DNA of 64,000 nt from an uncultured beta proteobacterium (GTDB lineage Bacteria > Pseudomonadota > Gammaproteobacteria > Burkholderiales > Burkholderiaceae_D), in assembly GCA_963706525.1 (NCBI GenBank), contig CAVPMM010000008.1, positions 202,752 through 266,751 on the forward strand, written 5' to 3'. Both the position numbers and the translations under genes were made by a program. The notes beneath the pieces were generated by a model that was not told where the DNA came from, searched no databases, and worked only from the letters and a program-made list of their open reading frames with translations. Of the stretch, positions 11,405 to 20,774 are shown piece by piece. The number at the start of each line of letters is the position of its first letter. Position 1 is the first letter of the stretch.

Positions 11405-13139
11405 AGATCGTCTTACCTTCCTTGATCGTTTCAAGCACCTTCAGGTCGTTGAGTTTCGCATGCGCGATCGTCAACGGGTTGTCCGACAGAATGACCAAAT
11501 CGGCCAGCTTGCCGACCTCGATCGAACCCTTGGTCTGCTCTTCGAAATATTGATAGGCGGCCCAAATCGTCAAGGCTTTCAGCGCAACGATGGGTTCGAC
11601 CCGATGCTGGGGACCAAGCACGTAACCCGTCCGCGTAGTGCGGTTGACCGTGGCCGAAAGAACCCGGATCGAGTCGGGAAAGACTACCGGCGCATCGTGA
11701 TGCGAAGTGAACATCATGCCGCGTTGCATCAGCCAGCCGGTTGGTGAAATATTCTCGGCGCGCTCGGGACCCAGTACCGATTCGCGGTACCAGTCGCCCC
11801 AGTAGAAGGTGTGCATCGGGAATAGCGATGGAAAGATGCGCAGCGCCTTCAGGCGGCCCACCTGATCTTCGCGCAGGGTCTGGCCGTGAATCAGCACCGG
11901 ACGCACGTCCACATCCGGCACTGCGGCCTGCGCTTTGGCCATGTTGTCGATGAGCTGATCGATGGCACGGTCGCCGTTGGCATGAACGAGGATTTGCCAG
12001 CGGTTGCGCAAGGCCTTGATGAAGGTGTCGAGCACCACCCGATCTTCGACGACGCCGTAGCCCGCATAATCGGCCCCTTGCCCGGCAGGCGGCTTGAAGT
12101 AAGGTTTACTGAGCCACGCTGTCTTGCCTTGTGGCGAACCATCCAACGTCAACTTGACCCCGCCGATGCGGAAGTGCTCGCGGTAGCGCGGGGATTGCGA
12201 AGTGTCGTGATACCACGGCGCCGTCAACAGCGCAGGGCTGCCGGCGTCGATGATATCCGGGTAGGAAACGATGTCCGCCTTCAGCAAGCCTTTTTCCGCT
12301 GCGGCAACCGCCGTCCTGACTTGTCCCGGGCTCGCACGCCCGTCCTGGATGGTCGTGTAGCCGTAACGCAGGTAGAGCGCCTGACCCGCTTCGAGCATGG
12401 CGATGGCCTGCTCCTCGCTGCTCATGGGGAGCAGCCTGGCCAGTACGCTGAAGAACGCCAACTCCTCCAGCACACCATTGGGCTCGCTTGAGCCGGGTTT
12501 ACGCCGGATCACACCGCCTTCGGGATCCTGGGTGGCGGCGGAAATGCCGGCAAGCGCCAATGCCTTGCTGTTGACCGCCCCCAGGTGCCCGGACTGATGG
12601 ATCGCAACGATCGGCTGCTCCCGCGATACGGCGTCGAGTTCTTCGCGCGTCGGCGAGCGCTGCTCCTTGAGTTGTGAATCGTCATAACCAAACCCGATCA
12701 CGACGCCGAATTTTTTCGGCATCGGCGAAGTACGCATGAACTCGCGCAAGGTGTTCTGCAAATCGGCGATCGAGCTATTGGGCCCGTCCGGCGGCGGCAA
12801 CAGATTGGCCGACATCGCTTGCAATCCGACCGTGCTGACATGGCTGTGCGCATCGATGAAACCCGGCAACAGCGTGCGTCCCCGAAGGTCGATCAGTCGT
12901 GTATTGCGTCCCTTGAAACGCAGTACCTCGTCACGGGTGCCGACCGCGAGAATTTTGCCGTTTGCCACGGCAACAGCTTGAGCGATGGGCTGAGCGTCAT
13001 TCATTGTGACGATGTCACCGCCGAAATAGATTGCTTCGACAATAGTCTCCGGCGAGCCTTGCGTCTGTAGCAGAGGGCCGGAGCATCCGGCCGTCAAGAG
13101 GATTACGCCACCCAAAATCCTGAGAAAAGACGTACGCAT
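11391..13139 (-). CDS. amidohydrolase family lipoprotein (amidohydrolase-3/YtcJ-like metal-dependent hydrolase)
   Basis: ORF 11391..13205. Start moved to [21 protein letters not shown] (lipobox LTAGC). Contains PGFIDAHSH and HANGDRAID metal-binding motifs. Its 3' end overlaps the lipA 3' end by 14 nt, convergent. Confidence 0.75.
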   Translation of the reverse strand: MRTSFLRILGGVILLTAGCSGPLLQTQGSPETIVEAIYFGGDIVTMNDAQPIAQAVAVANGKILAVGTRDEVLRFKGRNTRLIDLRGRTLLPGFIDAHSHVSTVGLQAMSANLLPPPDGPNSSIADLQNTLREFMRTSPMPKKFGVVIGFGYDDSQLKEQRSPTREELDAVSREQPIVAIHQSGHLGAVNSKALALAGISAATQDPEGGVIRRKPGSSEPNGVLEELAFFSVLARLLPMSSEEQAIAMLEAGQALYLRYGYTTIQDGRASPGQVRTAVAAAEKGLLKADIVSYPDIIDAGSPALLTAPWYHDTSQSPRYREHFRIGGVKLTLDGSPQGKTAWLSKPYFKPPAGQGADYAGYGVVEDRVVLDTFIKALRNRWQILVHANGDRAIDQLIDNMAKAQAAVPDVDVRPVLIHGQTLREDQVGRLKALRIFPSLFPMHTFYWGDWYRESVLGPERAENISPTGWLMQRGMMFTSHHDAPVVFPDSIRVLSATVNRTTRTGYVLGPQHRVEPIVALKALTIWAAYQYFEEQTKGSIEVGKLADLVILSDNPLTIAHAKLNDLKVLETIKEGKTIFKAQ

Positions 13140-13790
13140 AGACTGCCTTTGGCTACGGTAGGAATGCACCCGAACGCTGCTGTGTCGGGGATACCTAGCA
13201 CCCATAAAAACCGACCGTGTTCCTCCTCCCTAGTAAGCAATATCGAATAAATTCATACGTGATGACTTGTGACAAATCACAACGCATCAAGAACAGAAGC
13301 CATGGCGTCTGGTGTGTGGCTGGCTGTACTTGGCTTCGGCCGCTCGCAATTTGATCAACCCGATCATCCACGCGCTGGGCGTTAGCCGCTGCTCCGTTGA
13401 AGATGAAGATAGCCGCGCACGCCGTCGATGAACCCGCCCTTGGCCGGACGCAAACTGCCATACACGCCGCCACGCTTTGCGCCGTACTCTTGCTGCCGTT
13501 GCTGCCAATGCCGCTGCTGTCGCGACTGAAACTGCCGCCACAGCAGTGGGAAATGTGCAGCGAATACTTGAATATTGTCTTGAGGGAAAAGATGCCACAT
13601 CACTTATTAAATACCCAACAATTGTTTTGATGAAAGAAGCTTGGTTTTTTTGGTCTTTTTCCTAGACAATACGCTCTGCAAGTTACCGCCTTTTCCCTTA
13701 CGGTCCGCTGCGCTTTTCAGATCGAATCGGGCGAAATGCCCCTATCGATTTGTGACGTTTCACACAACATTCCTGCATAAGAATCACCGC

Positions 13791-14375
13791 ATGCCGATCG
13801 CCTCATCCGAACCGCCGCAAGAGCGGCCGCGTCCCAAGTCGCCGCTGGACCTGTTCCTCTCCTTCACCGTCCTGGCCCTGCAAGGCTTCGGCGGCGTGCT
13901 GCCGATCGTGCAGAAGGAGTTGGTGGAACGGAAGCGATGGTTGACCCGCGACGAGTTCCTGGAAGATTGCGCCGTGGCCCAGGTCATGCCCGGCCCCAAC
14001 GTCGTCAACATGGCGCTGATGATCGGCGCCCGCCATTTCGGTTTGCGCGGAGCCCTGGCGGCGTTGGCCGGCATGCTGATGGCGCCGCTGCTGCTGTTGC
14101 TGAGCCTGGCGCTGCTGTATGCGCGTTTCGCCGCGCATCCGGCGGTGGCCGGCGCGCTGCAGGGCATGAGCGCGGTCGCCGCCGGCCTGTTGATCGCCAC
14201 CGGCCTGAAGCTGGGCAGCGTCCTGAAGGAAAACCCGCTCGGCCCGTGGCTGTGCCTGGGATTCGTGCTGGCCTGCTTCGCCGCGATTGCCTTGCTGCGC
14301 TGGCCGCTGTTGTATGTGCTGGGCGGTTTCGGCGCGCTGGCCTGCATACTCGCGTACCGGAAGCTCAAGGTTTGA
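13791..14375 (+). CDS. chrA: chromate transporter ChrA family protein (short-chain CHR, first half)
   Basis: MPIASSEPPQERPRPKSPLDLFLSFTVLALQGFGGVLPIVQKELVERKRWLTRDEF, the typical CHR N-domain, about 195 aa. Confidence 0.75.
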   Translation: MPIASSEPPQERPRPKSPLDLFLSFTVLALQGFGGVLPIVQKELVERKRWLTRDEFLEDCAVAQVMPGPNVVNMALMIGARHFGLRGALAALAGMLMAPLLLLLSLALLYARFAAHPAVAGALQGMSAVAAGLLIATGLKLGSVLKENPLGPWLCLGFVLACFAAIALLRWPLLYVLGGFGALACILAYRKLKV

Positions 14376-14956
14376 ATACGCCACTCCACATCACGCTCGC
14401 AGTCGGCGACTGGAGCGACCTGTTCCTGCATTTCCTCGGCTTGTCGCTACTGTCGATCGGCGGCGCGATCACGACCGTCGCCGAGATGCATCGCTACCTG
14501 GTGGTCGAGCAGCACTGGCTGACCGACGCCCAGTTCAACGCCTCGATCGTGCTGGCGCAGTCCGCGCCCGGCCCCAACCTGCTGTTCGTCGCGCTAATGG
14601 GGTGGAATGTCGGACTGAATGCCGGCGGCTTCGGCACCGCCTTGCTCGGCGTGCTGGCCTCGATGGCCGGCATCCTGATTCCCAGCACCACGCTCACTTA
14701 TCTGGCGGCGCACTGGGGTCAGCGCAACCGGCACCGGCTTACGGTGCGCGCGTTCAAGCAGGGGATGGCGCCGATCGTCGTCGCCCTGATCGTCGCCACC
14801 GGATGGATTTTGACCGGCGTGAACAGGGCGACCGAGCCGGAGCTGGCGCGCTGGGCACTGATCGCGGTCACCGTGCTCCTGGTATGGCGCACCAGGATCC
14901 ATCTGTTGTGGCTGCTGGCCGCCGGCGCACTGCTCGGGTGGCATGGTCTGATTTGA
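14372..14956 (+). CDS. chrA: chromate transporter ChrA family protein (short-chain CHR, second half)
   Basis: TTG start overlapping the upstream stop (TTGA) gives (M)NTPLHITLAVGDWSDLFLHFLGLSLLSIGGAITTVAEMHRYLVVEQHWLTDAQF. Split short-CHR pairs are a known arrangement. Confidence 0.65.
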   Translation: MNTPLHITLAVGDWSDLFLHFLGLSLLSIGGAITTVAEMHRYLVVEQHWLTDAQFNASIVLAQSAPGPNLLFVALMGWNVGLNAGGFGTALLGVLASMAGILIPSTTLTYLAAHWGQRNRHRLTVRAFKQGMAPIVVALIVATGWILTGVNRATEPELARWALIAVTVLLVWRTRIHLLWLLAAGALLGWHGLI

Positions 14957-15009
14957 CCGGGCCGCAGGACTGTCGCGGACAGTAAAACGCTTTTCTGTAT
15001 CATTGCCAA

Positions 15010-16668
15010 ATGACAATTTTCCAGAGCCTGAAGTTCCGCGTCGTCGCATTGGGCGTATTGCTGGTCATGGCCGGCGTCGGCGTGCGCCTGTTGATCGCGC
15101 TGCCCTTTGCCCAGGATTTGCTGCGCGAGCGGGTGGCGGCCGAACAATTGTCGATCGCTTCCTATGTGGCGCGCGACATCGACCACAGCATCCTCGAGCG
15201 CCGTGCCCTGCTTAACGAATTGGCTGCCACGCTGCCGCTTGCGCTGCTGCAGCAGCCGCAGGAACTGGCGAGCTGGATTGCCGAGCGGCAGCGCCTGAGT
15301 CCATTGTTCAATAAAGGACTGGCGGTGCTGCGGCCGGACGGCTTCGGCGCGCTGGCGGAATATCCGGTAGTGCCCGGGCGCGACACGCTGCTCTATGCGG
15401 AAGCCGAGTGGTTCCAGGCGGCGTTGCGTGCCGACGCGCCGGTGATGAGCAAGCCGCAGCGCGGACGCGCCAGCGGCGATCCGGTCCTGATCATGGCGCT
15501 GCCGGTGCGCGACGCCGATCGCAAGGTGGTGGCAGTGCTGACGGGAGTGGCTGCGCTCGATGCGCCCGGCTTTCTCGACCTGCAGAATATCCGCCTGGGC
15601 GCCAGCGGCGGCTTCCTGGTGGTTTCGCCGGCCGACCAACTGTTCGTCAGCGCCAGCGATCCCGCCATGGTGTTGCGGCCCGCCCCGCCGGTCGGCGTCA
15701 ACCTGCTGCACGACCGCGCCATGGCCGGCTACCGCGGCACCGGCACCACCATCAACGCCGACGGCGTCGAGGAATTGTCGGCCATGGCGACGGTGCCCAG
15801 CACCGGCTGGTTTGTCGTCGCCCGCATCCCGACCGCGGAAGCGTTCCAGCCGATTGCCGCCATGCGCAGCTTCACCCTGCAGGCCACGCTGGTGATGGTG
15901 GCGGTCGTGATCGCGGTCCTGCTATTGCTGTTGCCGCGCATGCTGCGGCCGCTGACCGAGGCGGCGCGCTCGATGCGCGAGATGGCGGACGGCAAGCGCC
16001 AACTGGCGCCGCTGCCGATCAGGCGTCAGGACGAGGTCGGCGACCTGCTGCTCGGCTTCAATCATCTGGTGGCGCGGCTGAATGAAAAGGAAGAAGCGCT
16101 CAAGGCGAGCGAGGCGCGGCTGGGATTCATGGCGCATCACGACGCCCTCACCGGCCTGTGCAACCGGACCATGCTGGAAGACCGCCTGCAGCAAGCCTTG
16201 ATGCACGCCGAGCGCAGCGGCTCGCATTTTGCGCTGCTGTTTTGCGATCTCGACGATTTCAAGCCGATCAACGATCGATTCGGACATGAAACCGGCGACG
16301 CCATCTTGCGCCAGGTGGCGGCGCGCCTGCTCGAGGGCCGCCGCCGCACCGATACTGTGGCCCGTTTCGGCGGCGACGAATTCGTGGTCCTGCTGACCCA
16401 TCTCGACGATGCCCATGGCACCGGAATCAGCACGGCACGGCAACTGCTGGCGGCGATCGGCATTCCGTTCGAGGTCGAGGACAAGACCTTTACGCTCGGC
16501 GCCTCGATCGGCATCGCGCTGTATGACGACAACCGCGCTCTTGGCCTCTCTACTTCGCAATTGCTGTCGCAGGCCGACATCGCCATGTATCACGCCAAGC
16601 GGCACGGGAGGAACGGGTTTTGCCTGTATGAGCGGACGCTGGAAGCGGCAGCAATTCAACCGGCATAA
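15010..16668 (+). CDS. sensor-domain diguanylate cyclase (N-terminal TM, periplasmic Cache-like domain, HAMP, GGDEF)
   Basis: 552 aa. Two TM segments flank a roughly 260-aa periplasmic domain. C-terminal GGDEF domain with RFGGDEFVVLL. Confidence 0.8.
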   Translation: MTIFQSLKFRVVALGVLLVMAGVGVRLLIALPFAQDLLRERVAAEQLSIASYVARDIDHSILERRALLNELAATLPLALLQQPQELASWIAERQRLSPLFNKGLAVLRPDGFGALAEYPVVPGRDTLLYAEAEWFQAALRADAPVMSKPQRGRASGDPVLIMALPVRDADRKVVAVLTGVAALDAPGFLDLQNIRLGASGGFLVVSPADQLFVSASDPAMVLRPAPPVGVNLLHDRAMAGYRGTGTTINADGVEELSAMATVPSTGWFVVARIPTAEAFQPIAAMRSFTLQATLVMVAVVIAVLLLLLPRMLRPLTEAARSMREMADGKRQLAPLPIRRQDEVGDLLLGFNHLVARLNEKEEALKASEARLGFMAHHDALTGLCNRTMLEDRLQQALMHAERSGSHFALLFCDLDDFKPINDRFGHETGDAILRQVAARLLEGRRRTDTVARFGGDEFVVLLTHLDDAHGTGISTARQLLAAIGIPFEVEDKTFTLGASIGIALYDDNRALGLSTSQLLSQADIAMYHAKRHGRNGFCLYERTLEAAAIQPA

Positions 16669-16734
16669 GGTACATGCGGCCGGCGCATGCCGGCAGCCGC
16701 CGGCTTGCCGATCATGGTTGGCGGGAACAGCTGA

Positions 16735-17166
16735 CTAGGCTAAAGGCGGCGCAGGCACCAGGCCATATTCGGCCATGACGGCCAGCAGCTTCATGCGATC
16801 CGGCGGGCCGCCGGCGTTGATGACGGCAGCGACGTCCCGGAAGTACTGGGCGCCGATGTCGGGTGTCTGGATCACCAGCGCGCGCGCCGCTGCAGCGTGC
16901 GGATTGCTGAATTGATGGACCGAGCCTTTCGGCGAAAACATCCAGTCGCCGGCCCCCAAGTCACGCGCGGCGCCGTCCACGGCATAGCGCAGCGTGCCTT
17001 CGAGAATGTAGACGCATTCGTCGTTCTGCGAATGGCTGTGCGGCGGCGGTACATTCGAACCGGGCGGCACCGTCAATTCGAACAGACCCATGCCTGCACT
17101 GGCGGAACCGTCGATCAGATAGCGGATGGTCAGTTGACCGACCTGGATGGCGTCGAGCTGGGGCAT
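16735..17166 (-). CDS. cupin domain-containing protein
   Basis: ORF 16735..17559 trimmed to MPQLDAIQVGQ..., which has a GGGAGG SD 7 nt upstream. Cupin motifs PPHSHSQNDECVYILEG and GDWMFSPKGSVHQF. Confidence 0.7.
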   Translation of the reverse strand: MPQLDAIQVGQLTIRYLIDGSASAGMGLFELTVPPGSNVPPPHSHSQNDECVYILEGTLRYAVDGAARDLGAGDWMFSPKGSVHQFSNPHAAAARALVIQTPDIGAQYFRDVAAVINAGGPPDRMKLLAVMAEYGLVPAPPLA

Positions 17167-17287
17167 GAGTTGCCTCCCATGGCTGGCGAGTAAATCGACA
17201 GGAACTTCAGATTTGACATACGAGGCGCGCTGCGGGTTCATCCCACCGCCTCCGGCGCAATGACCGTTGCGCATCCGCATCGCGGCG

Positions 17288-17689
17288 TCAACGCTTGCGC
17301 TTCGGCGGGAAATACCACCACACCGCCGCGACGACCAAGCCAAAGAGCGAGTAGCCCAGCGTGAACAGCCAGGAAGGTGCTTCGTAATATAACATGCTCT
17401 GCAGCCAGTGCTCGATGAAGCTGCCAGCGTAAGTGCTTGCGCGCGCCTGGGTGCGCAGCCACATTTCGACGGTCGTGAGCGGACAGACGGCGCCCAACCA
17501 AACCTCGGCAACCACGACCGCGATCGTAGCCAAGTGCGCACTCCTGAATCCGAATCCATTGACCCAGCGCCAGCCGCGCAGATTGCCGGCGATGATGAGG
17601 ATCAAGCCGCCGACGACGAACGCCACGACGGCGACGTGCAGGGCAAGCACCGCATCGGCGAGCGGTTGATATGGCACGGTGTCGCGCAT
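17288..17689 (-). CDS. DUF2784 family membrane protein
   Basis: 133 aa with 3-4 predicted TM segments. The LTTVEMWLR ... WLFTLGYSLFGLVV pattern is characteristic of DUF2784. Confidence 0.6.
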   Translation of the reverse strand: MRDTVPYQPLADAVLALHVAVVAFVVGGLILIIAGNLRGWRWVNGFGFRSAHLATIAVVVAEVWLGAVCPLTTVEMWLRTQARASTYAGSFIEHWLQSMLYYEAPSWLFTLGYSLFGLVVAAVWWYFPPKRKR

Positions 17690-17893
17690 TCGAGATACCT
17701 GACGTTGGACTTGAGAGGCGTGACCGGCTTGCGCTTCCGATGAAGAGCGCCACCGGCATTCCGCGGGCCTAAGGTGATTTACCTACTATTTCCGCTAGAG
17801 AAAAGAATGCTGCGGCATGGGGATCGCCACCTCCGTTGGCGCCATATTACGCCCACCTGCGCGTCGTGCTGCCGTCGCCCGACTGCAATTTCT

Positions 17894-17965
17894 GAGGGGT
17901 ATGTTGTTTAGATATCCTAAAAATGCCCGAGATGGACATGGACCACGAGGAGTATATGTTGCAGA
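17894..17965 (+). repeat. GGAGTAT-type intergenic repeat element, copy R2
   Basis: GGGGTAT at 17896-17902 and GGAGTAT at 17949-17955 are 53 bp apart, with CCCGA at 17926-17930. Confidence 0.8.
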
Positions 17966-18039
17966 CGGATTACAACGGAGACAGGCTGGGTGTCCAGGGA
18001 AAACCGAAGGCTGCGCGCGACCGCCGCAGCCGTGAGCCG

Positions 18040-18190
18040 TATGCGCCGGCCGCCGGCGCCTTTTCCAGCAGCGCGTGCAGTTCGGCGAACTCCGGCTCGC
18101 CGACGTAGTGCTTGAGGATCGCGCCGCCCTTGCCGATCGCGAAGGCGGTCGGCCTCAGCTTGGCGACGGCTTCAATGAAGCGGAAACGCA
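18040..18190 (-). pseudogene. truncated duplicate of the 3' end of the TlpA-like thioredoxin gene (gene remnant)
   Basis: About 145 bp that is roughly 85% identical to 19487-19630. It translates as ...FAIGKGGAILKHYVGEPEFAELHALLEKAPAA, against FVIGKDGAILKRYVGEPEFAELHALLEKALAA in the intact gene. There is no N-terminal part and no CxxC. Confidence 0.8.
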
Positions 18191-18198
18191 TAGCCGAG

Positions 18199-19407
18199 CT
18201 ATTGCGGCGGCTGCGACGGCGTCAGGCGCTGCGCAATGCGCTCGAACAGTAATTGGGCGGTATTCCGGTCGGGCGTGGCCGGACCCATGGTGCTGGTAAC
18301 CGCGATGGCGATTTTTTGCGCCGGCAGGTAGGCCATCGTGCCGGCATAGCCGAAGAACATCGGGTTCTGCAGCAGCCATGAATTCGCGACCACTACACCG
18401 AGTCCGTAATAGATCGAGCTCGGCATCCCGGGCAGCTTGGCTGTCGTCGGCGCCAGCATCCGGGCATAGGAGGCGGGCGAGAGCAACCGGCCGCTGCCGA
18501 TCGCCTCCGCCGAGCGCAGCACATCCGGCGTATTGGTCGTCATGATGGCGCCTTCGGCCAGGGTCCAGGACGGATTCCAGCCAGTGGATTCCTCGTAGCT
18601 GCCGCGCTCGGAAGTGAAGGCACGCAGCACCGGCGCCTGGATTGCCGGCGTCGCTTCGCTGCGGGTATCGCGCAGGCCCAGCGGCTCCAGGATGCTGCTA
18701 CGGATCAGCTCGGCGACCGGCTTGCCGCTGGCCAGGCTCAAGACCCGGCCGAGGATCACATAGTTGGCGTGGGAATAGGAAAAGCAGGTGCCGGGTTCGC
18801 ACTTCAGCGGTTCGCCCAGGGCGGAAGCGATCAGCTCGTCGGGCGTCCATTGCCGCTGCACATCCGCCATCAACGGCAGCACATTCACATAGTCGGCGTA
18901 GCCCGAGGTATTGTTGGCCAGCATCGCGAGCGTAATGCGGTCGGCGTTCGGGTACTTTGGCAGCCATTTCGAGAGCTTGTCGTCCACGCTCAGCACGCCC
19001 CGATCCTGCAGTTGCAGCAGCGCGGTACCCAGGTAGGAAATGGCGATGGCGCCATTACGCCAGTGCATGTCGACGCTCGCCGGCTGGCCGTCGCCGGACT
19101 CGCCCCAGGCTTGCATCAGCACCGGGACGTCGCCGACGCTGACGCCAACCACGGCCGAGCGCAGGCCAAATTCCTTGATGGTATCGGCAACCACGGCGCG
19201 CACCGCGGCGGCCGTTTGCGCCGTGTCGGTGCAGCGGCCTTCCAGCGCAATCTGCCCGGTCGTGCAGGCGGCGGCACGGTCGCCGCCGCAGGCCGCCAGC
19301 AGGCCGAGCGCGGCGGCGGCAATCAGGAATTTACGGGAAGCGACTTGGGCAGGTCTGGCAATCGGGGCTGGCAGAGGCATCTGGCGGTACTTCCGTATCA
19401 AGTTCAT
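18199..19407 (-). CDS. beta-lactamase-fold (serine hydrolase-like) lipoprotein; canonical SxxK motif not evident
   Basis: 402 aa with lipobox LLAACGG. Family-like segments GYAD(Y) and YGLG(V). At the usual S-x-x-K position the sequence is NGAIAISYLGTAL. The start is ambiguous (19407 or the ATG at 19380). Confidence 0.6.
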   Translation of the reverse strand: MNLIRKYRQMPLPAPIARPAQVASRKFLIAAAALGLLAACGGDRAAACTTGQIALEGRCTDTAQTAAAVRAVVADTIKEFGLRSAVVGVSVGDVPVLMQAWGESGDGQPASVDMHWRNGAIAISYLGTALLQLQDRGVLSVDDKLSKWLPKYPNADRITLAMLANNTSGYADYVNVLPLMADVQRQWTPDELIASALGEPLKCEPGTCFSYSHANYVILGRVLSLASGKPVAELIRSSILEPLGLRDTRSEATPAIQAPVLRAFTSERGSYEESTGWNPSWTLAEGAIMTTNTPDVLRSAEAIGSGRLLSPASYARMLAPTTAKLPGMPSSIYYGLGVVVANSWLLQNPMFFGYAGTMAYLPAQKIAIAVTSTMGPATPDRNTAQLLFERIAQRLTPSQPPQ

Positions 19408-19483
19408 CGGCGCCCAATATGGGTTGCCGATTATACAAGCACGGAATAACGATGCTCCTGCCTTTCGAGGGGCAGCGGGAAAA

Positions 19484-20011
19484 TCAGGCCGCCAGCGCCT
19501 TTTCCAATAGCGCGTGCAATTCGGCGAATTCCGGCTCGCCGACGTAGCGCTTCAGGATCGCGCCGTCCTTGCCGATCACGAAGGTGGTCGGCGTCAGCTT
19601 GACGTCGCCGAACGACTTCGCCAGCGTATCCTGCACGTCGAGCGCGACGTGGAACGGCAGCTGGCGCGTCTCGGTGAAATTCAGCACATAGTTGGGCGGA
19701 TCGTAGCTCATCGCCACCGCCACGAAATCCAGCCCCTGGCCCTTGTACTTGTTGTAGGTGTCGATCATCTGCGGCATTTCGTGCACGCAGGTGGTGCAGC
19801 TGGTGGCCCAGAAGTTCACCATCACGACCTTGCCGCGCAGGCTTTGCAGCGCGATCTTCTCGCCCTTCAGGTTGGTGAAGCTGACGTCCGGCGCCTTCGC
19901 CTGTGCCGACATGGAGAAATAGCCGACGCCGGCGATGGCGGCGGCGGCCAGCGCGCCGGCGATCTTGAGCCAGAGCCGCTTGCCGGCGGCAGGGGAAGTG
20001 TGTGCTTGCAT
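19484..20011 (-). CDS. TlpA family thiol:disulfide oxidoreductase (thioredoxin-like, membrane-anchored)
   Basis: ORF 19484..20059 trimmed to MQAHTSPAAGK..., which has a GGAGGG SD. N-terminal TM anchor, then the WATSCTTC (WxxxCxxC) active site. Confidence 0.8.
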   Translation of the reverse strand: MQAHTSPAAGKRLWLKIAGALAAAAIAGVGYFSMSAQAKAPDVSFTNLKGEKIALQSLRGKVVMVNFWATSCTTCVHEMPQMIDTYNKYKGQGLDFVAVAMSYDPPNYVLNFTETRQLPFHVALDVQDTLAKSFGDVKLTPTTFVIGKDGAILKRYVGEPEFAELHALLEKALAA

Positions 20012-20184
20012 GATGGTGCCCTCCGGCACGGTGAGTCGGTGACGTCCCATTATAGTCATCCGCCGCGGCGGATGCTGCGCCGCCCTGGACCCACGGCGTC
20101 AGCTGGCAGCATCGGCGCGGGCGTCGCCCGCAGCTTGGCGTGCGGCCAGGCGCTCAAATCATGCCGGGGCCGTTATATACCGGC

Positions 20185-20262
20185 CATTTCCAACATACTC
20201 CTCACATCAAGCCACTATCTCGGGCGCCAAATGGCAGTTTTTACAACATACTCCCAACTACC
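20185..20262 (-). repeat. GGAGTAT-type intergenic repeat element, copy R3 (minus orientation)
   Basis: ATACTCC at 20195-20201 and 20248-20254, 53 bp apart. The reverse complement is GGGAGTATGTTGTAAAAACTGCC...CCCGAGATAG...GAGGAGTATGTTGG. Confidence 0.8.
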
Positions 20263-20291
20263 TGCTTTCTCGTGGAGGGGTCGCCCCGGCC

Positions 20292-20738
20292 TCACGGGCG
20301 CAGATAGACAAAGCCTTCTTGCGCCTGCAGGCGCGCAACCTCGGCCACGCCGGACGGCACCAGCGTCGTCTGCGGCAGCAGGCGCGAAGCCGGCACGTCG
20401 TGCGCCTGCAAGGTGTTGTTGCAGACACGGAATTCCACGCCCTGCGCCGCCAGCGCCGCCACCTGGGCATCGAAGGGCTTGCCGTTGCGGTCGCGGGCGT
20501 CGGCCAGCAGGAAGCCGATGCCGTCGGCCAGCGCCACCACCACGATCTTCGCCTGCGGCTCGGCGCGCAAGTGGTTGCGGATATTCGCCAGGCCGCGCGT
20601 GGCTTGCGCCGTACCGTCGGCGAAGTGATAGACGACCTTGATCGGCTCGGCAGCCAGCGCCTGGCGGCCGGCACCCAGGGTGCCGAGGGCGGCGAGCGGC
20701 AGGCTCGCCAGCAGGCTTTTCAGAAATGTGCGGCGCAT
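20292..20738 (-). CDS. DsrE/DsrF-like family protein (secreted)
   Basis: 148 aa with an N-terminal signal peptide MRRTFLKSLLASLPLAALGTLGAGRQALA. DsrE/YchN fold with a conserved Cys in RVCNNTL. Confidence 0.6.
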   Translation of the reverse strand: MRRTFLKSLLASLPLAALGTLGAGRQALAAEPIKVVYHFADGTAQATRGLANIRNHLRAEPQAKIVVVALADGIGFLLADARDRNGKPFDAQVAALAAQGVEFRVCNNTLQAHDVPASRLLPQTTLVPSGVAEVARLQAQEGFVYLRP

Positions 20739-20774
20739 CGGCGCCTCCTTAAAAATGTGAAGGGACTTGCCCTA

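Noticed and set aside
13760-13777. TGTGA...TCACA palindrome as a CRP/FNR site
   Set aside because: The spacer is 4 nt rather than the 6 nt of CRP/FNR-family sites. Reported only as an unassigned palindrome.
13206-13790. Small ORFs (73-103 aa on both strands) in the AT-richer spacer upstream of chrA
   Set aside because: No codon bias, no SD and overlapping mutually exclusive frames. I treated the region as promoter or regulatory DNA.
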